A stretch of DNA of 64,000 nt from a virus. The DNA is taken from positions 89,210 to 153,209 of IMG/VR virus record IMGVR_UViG_2922727739_000003; one strand, written 5' to 3'. This document shows, piece by piece, positions 10,239 to 19,454 of this stretch. The translations under genes were made by a program, and so were the position numbers. Position 1 is the stretch's first letter, and each line of letters starts with the position of its first letter. The notes below the pieces were generated by a model. It saw only the letters and a list, made by a program, of their open reading frames with translations, was not told the origin of the DNA and searched no databases.

Positions 10239-10505
10239 TTAAATAGAGATACTATATCCGTCAAAATTCTTCATTAATTTATCAGTAATATATTTACAAT
10301 CATTAAAATCTTCATTAATCCAAACCGCCATCTCATAGCCACCCCCAACAGCGCTAATTACAGCAATGTCCGAATCAAATTCATTAATTATTTTCACACC
10401 CATAAATATAGTTTCACCTAATTCATTTTTCAAAGTGAATCTAAACATATCGTCTATCTGTGACTCTTGAATTATCAGTGCCAACTTTTTAAAATCCTCT
10501 TTCAA
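10239..10505 (-). CDS. Hypothetical protein
   Basis: Coupled to upstream ORF. Confidence 0.6.
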   Translation of the reverse strand: MKEDFKKLALIIQESQIDDMFRFTLKNELGETIFMGVKIINEFDSDIAVISAVGGGYEMAVWINEDFNDCKYITDKLMKNFDGYSISI

Positions 10506-10756
10506 AATTCACACCGCCTTTGCAACCTAGTTGTTTTATTCATTATTCTCCACCACGTTGTTTCAGATCGATTGCCTTTTTCATCTTCAAGAAGGAATTT
10601 TATTGTTTTACCTGAATCACTAATAGTAATACTGACAACTTTTCTAACATTCCTATCAGCAACTTCTATTAGGTCTCCTTTTTCAATGTCGCTCAAATAA
10701 ACTTCTTCCATTTCATTGTTTGATTCAGTTGATTTCATATTTACATTCCTCCTCAT
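10502..10756 (-). CDS. Hypothetical protein (start likely MKSTE)
   Basis: GAGGAGG RBS. Confidence 0.65.
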   Translation of the reverse strand: MRRNVNMKSTESNNEMEEVYLSDIEKGDLIEVADRNVRKVVSITISDSGKTIKFLLEDEKGNRSETTWWRIMNKTTRLQRRCEF

Positions 10757-10777
10757 AAAATGAGTATTTTAAATTAA

Positions 10778-10897
10778 CTACATACGAGACATTGCGACTT
10801 TTAATGATTGTTCATTGTCTAAATACAAGGATCCATTATTCAAGTCTACCTCAACATACTTTCTGTTGATGATTAATCTCTTCAGGAATTTCAGCAA
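10778..10897 (-). CDS. 39-aa hypothetical protein (not in ORF track)
   Basis: AGGAGG RBS, TTG start, TTGAAT-17-TATAAT promoter. Confidence 0.5.
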   Translation of the reverse strand: MLKFLKRLIINRKYVEVDLNNGSLYLDNEQSLKVAMSRM

Positions 10898-11017
10898 TGT
10901 CGTCGCCTCCTATGTATTCAACTTATATATTTATTATATAATATAATTTCATTATATTCAAGTGTTTGTTTATTTTTATATTTCAACTTTTTATTTAAAC
11001 CCAGTAAAATATCAGTT

Positions 11018-11221
11018 TTACAACCCTTTAGACTTAATGTATTGATAATACTCCTCAAACGACTTATATCCTCCACGCTGCTTATACTGTATGTATTGTT
11101 CCAATACAATTTGATTAAATTGCTTTGGAGTTAATTCAGCAGGATCTATAATACCCTGTAAATAGTTCCAATATAGCCGCGAGACGTTAACAGGCTTTTT
11201 CTGAGGCTTTTTCTTTCTCAT
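11018..11221 (-). CDS. Hypothetical basic protein
   Basis: GGTGA RBS; stop codon lies within an 18-bp repeat. Confidence 0.65.
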   Translation of the reverse strand: MRKKKPQKKPVNVSRLYWNYLQGIIDPAELTPKQFNQIVLEQYIQYKQRGGYKSFEEYYQYIKSKGL

Positions 11222-11257
11222 GTAATCACCAACTTCTCTTTCACTTGTACCTAATTG

Positions 11258-14200
11258 TTAATTTGCCCTTGCTGTTTCCCCTTCAAGCTTATCAATGACA
11301 ACTAATACTGTGCTGACCCCTGTTCCTGATTCCTTAAACGATCCATCTGGAAGCTTTTCATAATAACCCTTGTCATTTAGCCAGTTACGAAAATGAATAC
11401 TCTTGGCATCACTAGAAAATGTCCAATGTGGCGACATAATAGCAATTAGTTTGCCACCTTCCTTAAGGCAATCATAAGCCTTTAGCACATGATCAACGTC
11501 CTTACTTCTTTCGAAGGGTGGATTCATAATTATTTTTTCATACTTGGTAAATGGCATAAATTCTATAAAATCATTAGCAACTAGTTTGTATTGTTTTAAC
11601 TCAAGAATCTTACGTAGTGTAAGATTCCACTCAATACCGTGCAATTCTGCATTTAGGTTATTGTCTTGTATATACTCATTTACACCGTCTAAAATATTAC
11701 CGTTGCCTGCACTTGGTTCTAAAATGGTTTCACCATCTTGTAGGTCAGCCAAGTCAATCATACGTTGCACAATAGCTCTGGGTGTTGGAAAGTAGCCGTC
11801 AATTTTATATAACTTAACTTCGCTTTCCATTTTCTTAATTTCACGCTGGACTGGATTCACTGGTTTCTCAATGGCCTTTACAAGTTCAGCATATTTATCT
11901 ATTGCTTCATTATATTGCTCAGTATTATATATTCCTGCTTTGTTCAATCGTTTCTGCATTTTTGGTACTTCTTGATTCCACCAGCCATTAGTATCGACAT
12001 TAAGATTGACAACGGGATATTTAATTTCGGTATTATATTTGCTTCGCGAACTATGTTTAATTCTCATATCTTCCCTAAAGCTACCCACCAATAGAGCTAT
12101 GTCGTATTCGTCCATTGTACTACTAGTTGCTTTTTCTTTTAGATATTTCAGAATACTAATTTCTAAGTTCAAACTACCTTTTTTCTGTTCTCGGCTTGCT
12201 GCTTCTTGCTGGCGTTTCCATGTGTTAGTCTGATAGTCACCAGACAAGGCATTCAATTTCTTTTGTGCTGACTCGATTTGCTTATCTATCTTACTGGTAT
12301 ATTGTTGCTGATCGCTATTTTTACTTTTCGTTTCTTCTTGTAAAATTCGTCTTTTATCATTATTTTCATTCGTGATTAATAGTTCATCCTTGCTAATTAA
12401 ATATGCAACAAATCTTTTGGCCTCATCTAGTCGACTAGTGGTTTTTAGGTTTGTGTCTACTTCTTTCCCATCCTTAAAAATACGATACATTCCCCACGAC
12501 TTAGCAATCATATAACCCTTGTGAGTGTATACTCTTGTTGTCTCTGTATAGCCAGCTACGGTGATTTGCTTACGATCTATCTTAAATTCTGGTATTTCTA
12601 CAACTTCATTGACTTCTTTATCTAATCTTTCTTTTTCTAATTGGAAAATTCTTGTTTTGAATTTATCCATACGATTATCAAACTCTTTTTTCATATCCGA
12701 AAGCTGACTTAACATATTCCCATATCTGTCTTGCATTTTGTTATAACGTTGAACGTTTAATCCACCTCGACCAGTAACAGCCCATGAAGGGTTATTGGCG
12801 CGATGATTGAGTATTTTAATGTATTGTTTATAATAACGCTGCTTAAAGGATTGTAAGTACTTTTTAATTTGGTATTGAAGATATTCATTGTCTGTTTGCG
12901 ATAGTACATTTAGAGCGGTTTTTTGGAGTTCGTTAAATGTATTGAAACAATCCTTTTTATAGTCTACCTGAAACAGACTAGATGAATGTAAACGTGATTG
13001 TAATTCATCTGAGACAATGTACATGTGAAGGTCATCAATAGTAATGTCTTCATACGCTGAAATACTAGCAGCTCCATTGGATTCGGTATTGTTTTGTTTG
13101 TTATAGTCTGCTTGCAGTGAACTTGCTAATTGATCTGCTTTATCTGACTGTCTAGCATACCAAAACCCACGTTTAGACCATCTAAAACCATAAGCTTTAA
13201 GTTGTTCAATAATATTGCTTCCAGGTTTTGACGGGAAACGGATCTCAATACCTTGCTTCTCATTGTTGTATGATACTGCTACTTCAGCAGACACATTTAC
13301 AGCTTCATCGTTTTCCTTTGCCTCTTCTGTAGTTTCGATTGCTGGAACATTAGAAACAGTTTGTTTTCTTGCCGCCTTCTTGAATACTGTTTTTTCTTGG
13401 TATTCTGTAACCTCTTGCAAAGTGTGTACTTTAACAGTGCCTTCTTCCATACCTTTGTTTAATCTATCGAGTGTTTGATAATAGCGCTTAACACTCATAC
13501 CATTTAGTCGTTGATAGCCTCTCTTTTCACTACCCAAAAGTTCGTAGGTAACACAGGATTGTGCTTTTGAGTTTGTGTAAATGTCAGTTACTACCCAATA
13601 ATGCCCATGATAAGAAAAAGACAATACATCATTAACATTAATAGTTTTATTTTCTTTTTCAACCGGTTTAATAACTTTCTTTTCTACTTTGACAACTTCA
13701 GGTTTTAAAGCATCGACATCAGTTAAAACATTTTCGATTTTCTTAATAAATTTCGCGAGTTTCTCAGCTTTTTGCTGCTTCTCGGTCTTCTCTTTGTTCT
13801 CCCAATCATAGTCATTGACTGAGAATACCCCTTTACCCTTCGCAATAATCTGAGCATCTTTTTCAATGTGCCAGCTTGTCCCACGTGGATTCGCAAAAGA
13901 GAATATGGGGTACGTCTCTACGACTTTATACTTTTCGATTGCCCCAACCTTTTCCTTCTCTTTTTCAATCAATACAGCACAAGAAGCTTTCTCATTTTCT
14001 GACGACGCTGCATCATTCATCATAGCCTCAAGTTTTTTAATACGGTCGTTAGTTTTATATACAGCATTGCCACCTATGTATTCTTTTTGTTCATAGCCAC
14101 TGTAACGTGTATTATTTTGATCGATGCAAAGAACATAGCCGTTCTTTTCAGCAATACCATCCCAATCGGCAGGACTAAAGTAATCTACCATTGCGTCAGA

Positions 14201-14317
14201 TTCATCATCTTTCCAGCCATAAATCTTCCATCCCTTTTCAACTAAAGCCATTGCAATATTTACCTTTGCTTCTCTTTTGTCTCCATAGTACATATTTATT
14301 ACCACCTTTATTATCAT
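11258..14317 (-). CDS. Large multidomain protein with C-terminal N6-adenine DNA methyltransferase
   Basis: YFPTP, ILEPSAGNG (SAM binding) and IMNPPF catalytic motif; about 830 aa of N-terminal domains; start likely MYYGD. Confidence 0.85.
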   Translation of the reverse strand: MIIKVVINMYYGDKREAKVNIAMALVEKGWKIYGWKDDESDAMVDYFSPADWDGIAEKNGYVLCIDQNNTRYSGYEQKEYIGGNAVYKTNDRIKKLEAMMNDAASSENEKASCAVLIEKEKEKVGAIEKYKVVETYPIFSFANPRGTSWHIEKDAQIIAKGKGVFSVNDYDWENKEKTEKQQKAEKLAKFIKKIENVLTDVDALKPEVVKVEKKVIKPVEKENKTINVNDVLSFSYHGHYWVVTDIYTNSKAQSCVTYELLGSEKRGYQRLNGMSVKRYYQTLDRLNKGMEEGTVKVHTLQEVTEYQEKTVFKKAARKQTVSNVPAIETTEEAKENDEAVNVSAEVAVSYNNEKQGIEIRFPSKPGSNIIEQLKAYGFRWSKRGFWYARQSDKADQLASSLQADYNKQNNTESNGAASISAYEDITIDDLHMYIVSDELQSRLHSSSLFQVDYKKDCFNTFNELQKTALNVLSQTDNEYLQYQIKKYLQSFKQRYYKQYIKILNHRANNPSWAVTGRGGLNVQRYNKMQDRYGNMLSQLSDMKKEFDNRMDKFKTRIFQLEKERLDKEVNEVVEIPEFKIDRKQITVAGYTETTRVYTHKGYMIAKSWGMYRIFKDGKEVDTNLKTTSRLDEAKRFVAYLISKDELLITNENNDKRRILQEETKSKNSDQQQYTSKIDKQIESAQKKLNALSGDYQTNTWKRQQEAASREQKKGSLNLEISILKYLKEKATSSTMDEYDIALLVGSFREDMRIKHSSRSKYNTEIKYPVVNLNVDTNGWWNQEVPKMQKRLNKAGIYNTEQYNEAIDKYAELVKAIEKPVNPVQREIKKMESEVKLYKIDGYFPTPRAIVQRMIDLADLQDGETILEPSAGNGNILDGVNEYIQDNNLNAELHGIEWNLTLRKILELKQYKLVANDFIEFMPFTKYEKIIMNPPFERSKDVDHVLKAYDCLKEGGKLIAIMSPHWTFSSDAKSIHFRNWLNDKGYYEKLPDGSFKESGTGVSTVLVVIDKLEGETARAN

Positions 14318-14344
14318 TATTTTTATTTATATGTTTTATTCGAA

Positions 14345-14440
14345 TTATCTCAACACCAAGTGACCGTATACTGTTTGAGCCTTTAACGCTTGCTTGCGTT
14401 GCCACTGGCTCTTTAATACTGCTAATTTTGTTTGACTCAT
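14345..14440 (-). CDS. 31-aa basic peptide leading the methyltransferase operon
   Basis: GAGGTG RBS; TTGTAT-17-TATAAT promoter upstream. Confidence 0.45.
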   Translation of the reverse strand: MSQTKLAVLKSQWQRKQALKAQTVYGHLVLR

Positions 14441-14609
14441 TGTGTTTTCACCTCGTAACCTCTTGTTCTTTATATATTTATTATAGCACGATTCATTATT
14501 TAATACAATAGATTTCATTATATTTAATTGTTTAATACTAGTGAAATGCAAATAAACCACCTATCATTAGTATAGATGGTTAGAGCTTTATGATTTTAAT
14601 CGTTAAGTT

Positions 14610-15470
14610 TTAGCTTTCATCATTCTTAAGTTTATATTTATTTATCCATTCAGAAAGCAAAAGTTCCATTCTTTTAGATATTATGTATATTCTAATATTC
14701 TTATTTATGTCTGACACGTTAATGATCCATTTTACCAATATAGACAGGGCATAATCATCATCATCTATGAATAAGTCGGGATATTCTCTTTTTATAAATG
14801 AATTAGGAAAGCAATTTGCCGCAAAACACAAAACATTTCGTCTATCCTCTAAACTCATTTCCCCATTTATAGGAACAAATGATCTTTTGTATCCTTTAGT
14901 CTGCATACCACAATACTGTGTAAATGTTGTCCAAGCTGCCGTTCTATATGTTGACTTTTCAATATTTCGCAGATAATTATTCATATGTTTTCTAACTGTA
15001 TCAAATCCATTTTTACTATACCATGTCTTAGATAAATCATATTTACTATTACCAAAAAATTTCAATCCATTAGTTCTTTGATATATACTAATATTTTTTA
15101 TTAGTTTATCTCTAACATCTTCAGGTATTGTATGTATATAGTTTATATTTTCTTCAAATTCTTTTGTTATTGAAATCGATTTATAGCTGGTTGATCCAGC
15201 AACATTATATAGACTATCAAAATCATCTTCTCTGTCAATCCAATCTTGTTCTATATGTTTAAGCTTTCTTTTATCTTCGACCACTTGTAATATTGTAAAG
15301 CTAAAATCATTTAAATTGTGCTTCTTCCAATCATCTTGTAACTTGTATGAGTGATGCATACTATATTGAAGATTCCTTATGTGTTCTTTCCATCTTGAAA
15401 ATACATTATGACTACTCCCAATATATTTTCTACCATTAGTTTTATTTGTAATACAATATATCCCCATCAT
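14610..15470 (-). CDS. GIY-YIG nuclease
   Basis: GIYCITNKTNGRKYIGSS...RWKEH...E motif. Confidence 0.88.
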   Translation of the reverse strand: MMGIYCITNKTNGRKYIGSSHNVFSRWKEHIRNLQYSMHHSYKLQDDWKKHNLNDFSFTILQVVEDKRKLKHIEQDWIDREDDFDSLYNVAGSTSYKSISITKEFEENINYIHTIPEDVRDKLIKNISIYQRTNGLKFFGNSKYDLSKTWYSKNGFDTVRKHMNNYLRNIEKSTYRTAAWTTFTQYCGMQTKGYKRSFVPINGEMSLEDRRNVLCFAANCFPNSFIKREYPDLFIDDDDYALSILVKWIINVSDINKNIRIYIISKRMELLLSEWINKYKLKNDES

Positions 15471-15533
15471 TTAAACTTTATCACCTCCCTTGCGTTAAAT
15501 TAATTTCTAATAATTGAATCTACAACTTTAATC

Positions 15534-15695
15534 TTAGTTATCTTTATCAACCTTTCTTAGCTTAATTAGTCCTGTAGCAAGTGAGTATAACCCTACAAAT
15601 GAAACAATGCTTATTGACCACCAATTAGGCATGAATGACGCAAGCACAAACATGAGAATAGCAATAGATAGCCTTGTGGCTGCTTCAGCTTTCAT
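15534..15695 (-). CDS. 53-aa two-helix membrane protein (YoyJ-like position)
   Basis: MKAEAATRLSIAILMFVLASFMPNWWSISIVSFVGLYSLATGLIKLRKVDKDN; GGGAGG RBS. Confidence 0.6.
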   Translation of the reverse strand: MKAEAATRLSIAILMFVLASFMPNWWSISIVSFVGLYSLATGLIKLRKVDKDN

Positions 15696-15754
15696 AATTA
15701 TAATCCTCCCTTATATAAGTTGATTTTATTTAACTCCTATAATACAATTGTAAG

Positions 15755-15856
15755 GGAAAAGGGTAGGACGGTGTTAGTTTCCGTCCTAGCGTTGTCTTCA
15801 AGTTTAGCGACTTGGATTAGCGCTTACGTCTGTTGCGGGACGTAGGTGCTTTTTTC
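15755..15856 (+). ncRNA. Antisense antitoxin RNA (SR6-like)
   Basis: TTGATT-17-TACAAT promoter (15720-15748); hairpin taggacgg/ccgtccta; terminator agcgcttacgtc/gacgtaggtgct + U-tract overlapping the toxin 3' end. Confidence 0.7.
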
Positions 15857-15966
15857 TTTTTCCGCTCCTTCTTTCTTGATGCTATGTATTCGGTGATATC
15901 CTTATACACAAGTCGTAAGAAAGTTAGAATGGATATGATGACTGCTGTTTTCTGCCAGTTGTCCAA
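15817..15966 (-). CDS. YonT-like type I toxin (49 aa)
   Basis: MDNWQKTAVIISILTFLRLVYKDITEYIASRKKERKKKKAPTSRNRRKR: hydrophobic N-terminus, basic tail, GGAGGTG RBS. Confidence 0.72.
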   Translation of the reverse strand: MDNWQKTAVIISILTFLRLVYKDITEYIASRKKERKKKKAPTSRNRRKR

Positions 15967-16250
15967 GTGGTTTCACCTCCCTCCCTTACATATATAATTA
16001 TATCACACTTTATCTTATGTGTACATTATTTCATTATATCTATTTATTTGATTAGTATAAAATAAACCGCCTATTAGACGGTTTGGTTATGTATTGTAAT
16101 GTACAAATGATATTAAAACATTCTTGTTTCACGTGGAACATTTCATTATATTCATGTGTTAGTATTTAATCTTTATTATCACAATTAGCCAAAACAATAT
16201 GCTAGTTGCAATAGTTATTTTATCTTTAAGTCTCCATGAGTTCATTATAT

Positions 16251-16400
16251 TCATCCTTTCAGGTGAATGTATACATATTTCCCTTGGTAGTCTACTCTGT
16301 CCATTTGAAACGCTGTAGATAGCTCAAGAATATCCATATCAGTGCCTAGTGTATGTATGATAGTTGAACCGTTTTGTTTAACTACTCTTATGTGTTTCAT
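16251..16400 (-). CDS. 49-aa hypothetical protein
   Basis: AAGGGG RBS; MKHIRVVKQNGSTIIHTLG... Confidence 0.45.
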   Translation of the reverse strand: MKHIRVVKQNGSTIIHTLGTDMDILELSTAFQMDRVDYQGKYVYIHLKG

Positions 16401-16637
16401 TATTATTCCCCCTTTATTGATCTTGCAGTTGATAATAGATATATCCTGCTGGGTGTTTAATCTCTATTTGTTCCATTGTGGATTCGAGATACTTTTTATT
16501 TCTGTAAAGAAAGGTGAATCCAAATCAATATTTATGCCCCATAAATTGATGACGAATTGATTAATTGTTCTATAGCTTCCTAAAGATAATTGATTCTTTT
16601 CAGATGCTTTGAGGTTAATAGTAGTTTTCATATTATA

Positions 16638-17291
16638 TTAATCCATTTTATTATTTTTAATTAAAATCAATAACGATTCTTTACTTATATTCTTATTTGC
16701 ACTTTGATAGTTAACATATTCACCCATATCTTTTATTCCTGTATCAATCCATCCATCGTAAATTTCTAGTTCAGAATCTTTATCATAGGTATGCTTGTAT
16801 AATGTTCTTGAACGTTTCGGCTTATGGGTAACGATTAATTTATTATTTTCTTCTTTTACTTCATTGATAGTTGTCTGCATTTCATAAGGAATTCCCATAC
16901 TATTGAAAGCTGTGATCGTTGCTTTATTATTTTCTAATATCTTTGTCTTTTCTTTGCTTTGATTAATTATTTTTTTGTATGTCTCTCTTGAAATGTAATA
17001 AGTTATTTCTTTGTTGACATATTGTAATGTTAGTTCAATTAATACGTTGCTAGTGTTGTAGCAGTCTGTATTCACTACTTTTATCCAAAAAGATACACCT
17101 TCTGTAGATAAGTCTAATAAATCATTATAAGAAATTTCCCCTTTATCCTTAATAGATTGATACATTGACAAATGTTTGCTGACATCTCTTTGCCATTCAT
17201 TGTTTGACAACTCACCCTGTTGAGAATTAGTATTTATATAAATCATATGGTATCCATCACGGCTTATGCATTTATCGGTTATATTTATCAT
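16638..17291 (-). CDS. Hypothetical protein
   Basis: AAGGAG RBS; divergent from the XRE gene. Confidence 0.7.
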   Translation of the reverse strand: MINITDKCISRDGYHMIYINTNSQQGELSNNEWQRDVSKHLSMYQSIKDKGEISYNDLLDLSTEGVSFWIKVVNTDCYNTSNVLIELTLQYVNKEITYYISRETYKKIINQSKEKTKILENNKATITAFNSMGIPYEMQTTINEVKEENNKLIVTHKPKRSRTLYKHTYDKDSELEIYDGWIDTGIKDMGEYVNYQSANKNISKESLLILIKNNKMD

Positions 17292-17422
17292 TATGTATTC
17301 GCTCCTTTTGTGTTCCTCTTTATATATTTATTATACAATATTGTATATTCAAATGTCAATAATATTTCAATAATTTATTCAATATTGTATAATATAATAA
17401 CCACGTTAAAGGAGATATTATA

Positions 17423-17641
17423 ATGTTCAAATACAAAGGCAAACTAAGAGAAATAATTAAAGAGAGAGACATAAAGCAATCACAATTAGCAGTAAATGCA
17501 GGAGTCCCACAGCCTTATATATCGCGGTTCGATAAGTCAGAGCAGCATAATATAAATAATTTGTTTGCAGTGGCTAATGCGTTGGGTGTGAGTGTAGAAG
17601 AATTGTTTACAGTTGAGGAATCGAATGAGGATGGCGAATAA
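17423..17641 (+). CDS. XRE-family HTH transcriptional regulator
   Basis: LREIIKERDIKQSQLAVNAGVPQPYISRF...ALGVSVEELF. Confidence 0.9.
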   Translation: MFKYKGKLREIIKERDIKQSQLAVNAGVPQPYISRFDKSEQHNINNLFAVANALGVSVEELFTVEESNEDGE

Positions 17642-17730
17642 GTGGATCGCTTAAACGATCCTAATATCAGTAAGCACAAAAAGAGCCTAGTCATAAATCA
17701 TCTAGGCTCGCATAAGTCTATTAATTTCTA

Positions 17731-17892
17731 TTACTTTCTGATTGAAGCTACAAAAGTGATTACACTTATAAAGATGAATACATAAGGAATAAAGCTAGGT
17801 AATGATGTATTGTTAATGCCTAATAAGACACATCCAATTATAAATACAATGACCGATAATGTACGTGTCAACATTGCTTTAGAGTTGGTCAT
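17731..17892 (-). CDS. 53-aa two-helix membrane protein
   Basis: MTNSKAMLTRTLSVIVFIIGCVLLGINNTSLPSFIPYVFIFISVITFVASIRK; AAAGGAG RBS; terminator at 17678-17709. Confidence 0.6.
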   Translation of the reverse strand: MTNSKAMLTRTLSVIVFIIGCVLLGINNTSLPSFIPYVFIFISVITFVASIRK

Positions 17893-18001
17893 GCATAAGT
17901 CTCCTTTCACACTTGATGCCGTATCATAACAAACTTAATGTTATTGTAGCCTAGAGATATGAAGGAGTCAATCGACCCCTTCAACCTAGACAGGATATGT
18001 A

Positions 18002-18202
18002 TTATGCCTGATTTTCTCGTTCTAACTTGTCGTTTTCTAGTTTAAGTCTTCTCGTCTCCTCCTTTATTTTTTCTGTTTCAGCTTTAACCTTTTCAGTATC
18101 AGCAATTTTTCTAGCCTTATCAGGGAAGAAATTCATTGCCAATATTGTTGTGGTTAATGCAGCACCAACCGTTGCAAGTATTTTGCTTATTGTTTCTATC
18201 AT
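18002..18202 (-). CDS. Putative type I toxin-like peptide (TM helix + charged coiled coil)
   Basis: AAGGAGGTG RBS; same layout as the 15.5-16 kb module. Confidence 0.6.
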   Translation of the reverse strand: MIETISKILATVGAALTTTILAMNFFPDKARKIADTEKVKAETEKIKEETRRLKLENDKLERENQA

Positions 18203-19372
18203 GTTATCACCTCCTTACATATATTATTATAACATATTTCATTATATTTGTGTATATAAATTTGATAAATGAAGGGGAAAATTTTGAGGAAATGTGGTAG
18301 GATGAGTTATAGATATAGGCTATGAGACAAGATGGATATATATATAGATAATATTAATAGATTAGAGTTGATTGATAGTTTGTATATATAAGTCTTATCT
18401 CAAGCTATTACCGTTATAGCTCGATTAAGTTACTGTATAGGTGTTTTCCTATGTTGACTTTAGAGTATGAAAATTCAAATTTAAAATCAAAATCCAAATG
18501 AATTTTGAAAATAATTACCATTTAATTCAATTGGTAGAGTATGGATATTGTTAGTAAATGCTTGATTAATGTATAAACCTAATTGCGCTACAACTATGGT
18601 TTTACCTCATTTAGAGTAGGGTAGTGGGGGGTAGTTTACATCCAGAAGGCACCTATTTTTTACAAATATACCCCTAGCACTTCACCTCCCACGCTCAAGT
18701 TATTTTTTCAACTAATCATTTTCATTAATTACATCTTTGTAACTATTACATCATATTTTCCCCTCATCTCAATCGTAACTTGAATCGTCTAACTCCTTAT
18801 CTCTTCTATGTTTTTTCTCTCATTACAATTCTGTAACTACACACTTTTTGATCATTTTTAACTTCCCTGTATCATATTATCCTTTTACTGTTTGTACTTT
18901 TACGATTCAATAGCCCATAAATTAATCCAATATACCCCATAAACCCTTATAACATCTACGTTCTTCATCCATTTACCCTCAATTTACGATTCAACTTTTT
19001 TTATCGCGATTGAGATCTCCCCGGGGGTAATTTAACATCAAACGACAGTAAGATCCAATCATCCATAGGACCATATATTTAATAGCACATACATTATCAA
19101 CTTTTACTTACACATACATACCTTATAAAACTGTTTGAATCTATTGTTTTTAATTTTCCAATGTTAACAGAGCACAAAAAAAAGACAGTCACAATCGACT
19201 GCCCTATAATTCAACTTATTTAATAAAATTATCGTCAAGCTAACCACAACAAAAAGACAACAACTGAGAGTTGGATACGCTTAGCGAAGACATACTCTAA
19301 ATACTGTATATACATATCTAATATCTATATATCTATTACTAACTTACTAGCCCCCAATTTCTCCAGGACGTT

Positions 19373-19446
19373 TTGGGAGTGGTTCTTGGATTATTTGGGA
19401 GTGGATGTTGGATAAATTGGGAGTGGTTCTTGGACAAATTGGGACT
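19373..19446. repeat. 22-bp iteron-like tandem repeats (about 3.3 copies), putative replication origin
   Basis: TTGGGAGTGGTTCTTGGATTAT / TTGGGAGTGGATGTTGGATAAA / TTGGGAGTGGTTCTTGGACAAA next to an AT-rich tract at 19300-19345. Confidence 0.75.
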
Positions 19447-19454
19447 AGGTGAGT

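Larger units (their letters stand above)
108..11021. repeat. Dispersed 18-bp inverted repeat RTAAAA-N6-TTTTAY at gene boundaries
   Basis: Copies start at 108, 1608, 3784, 4379, 5835, 6118, 7715, 9367, 9882, 10201, 10755, 11004; further copies at 44447 and 60695. Confidence 0.8.

Noticed and set aside
19373-19446. Possible CRISPR array
   Set aside because: Repeats are contiguous with no unique spacers and no cas genes are present; better explained as iterons.
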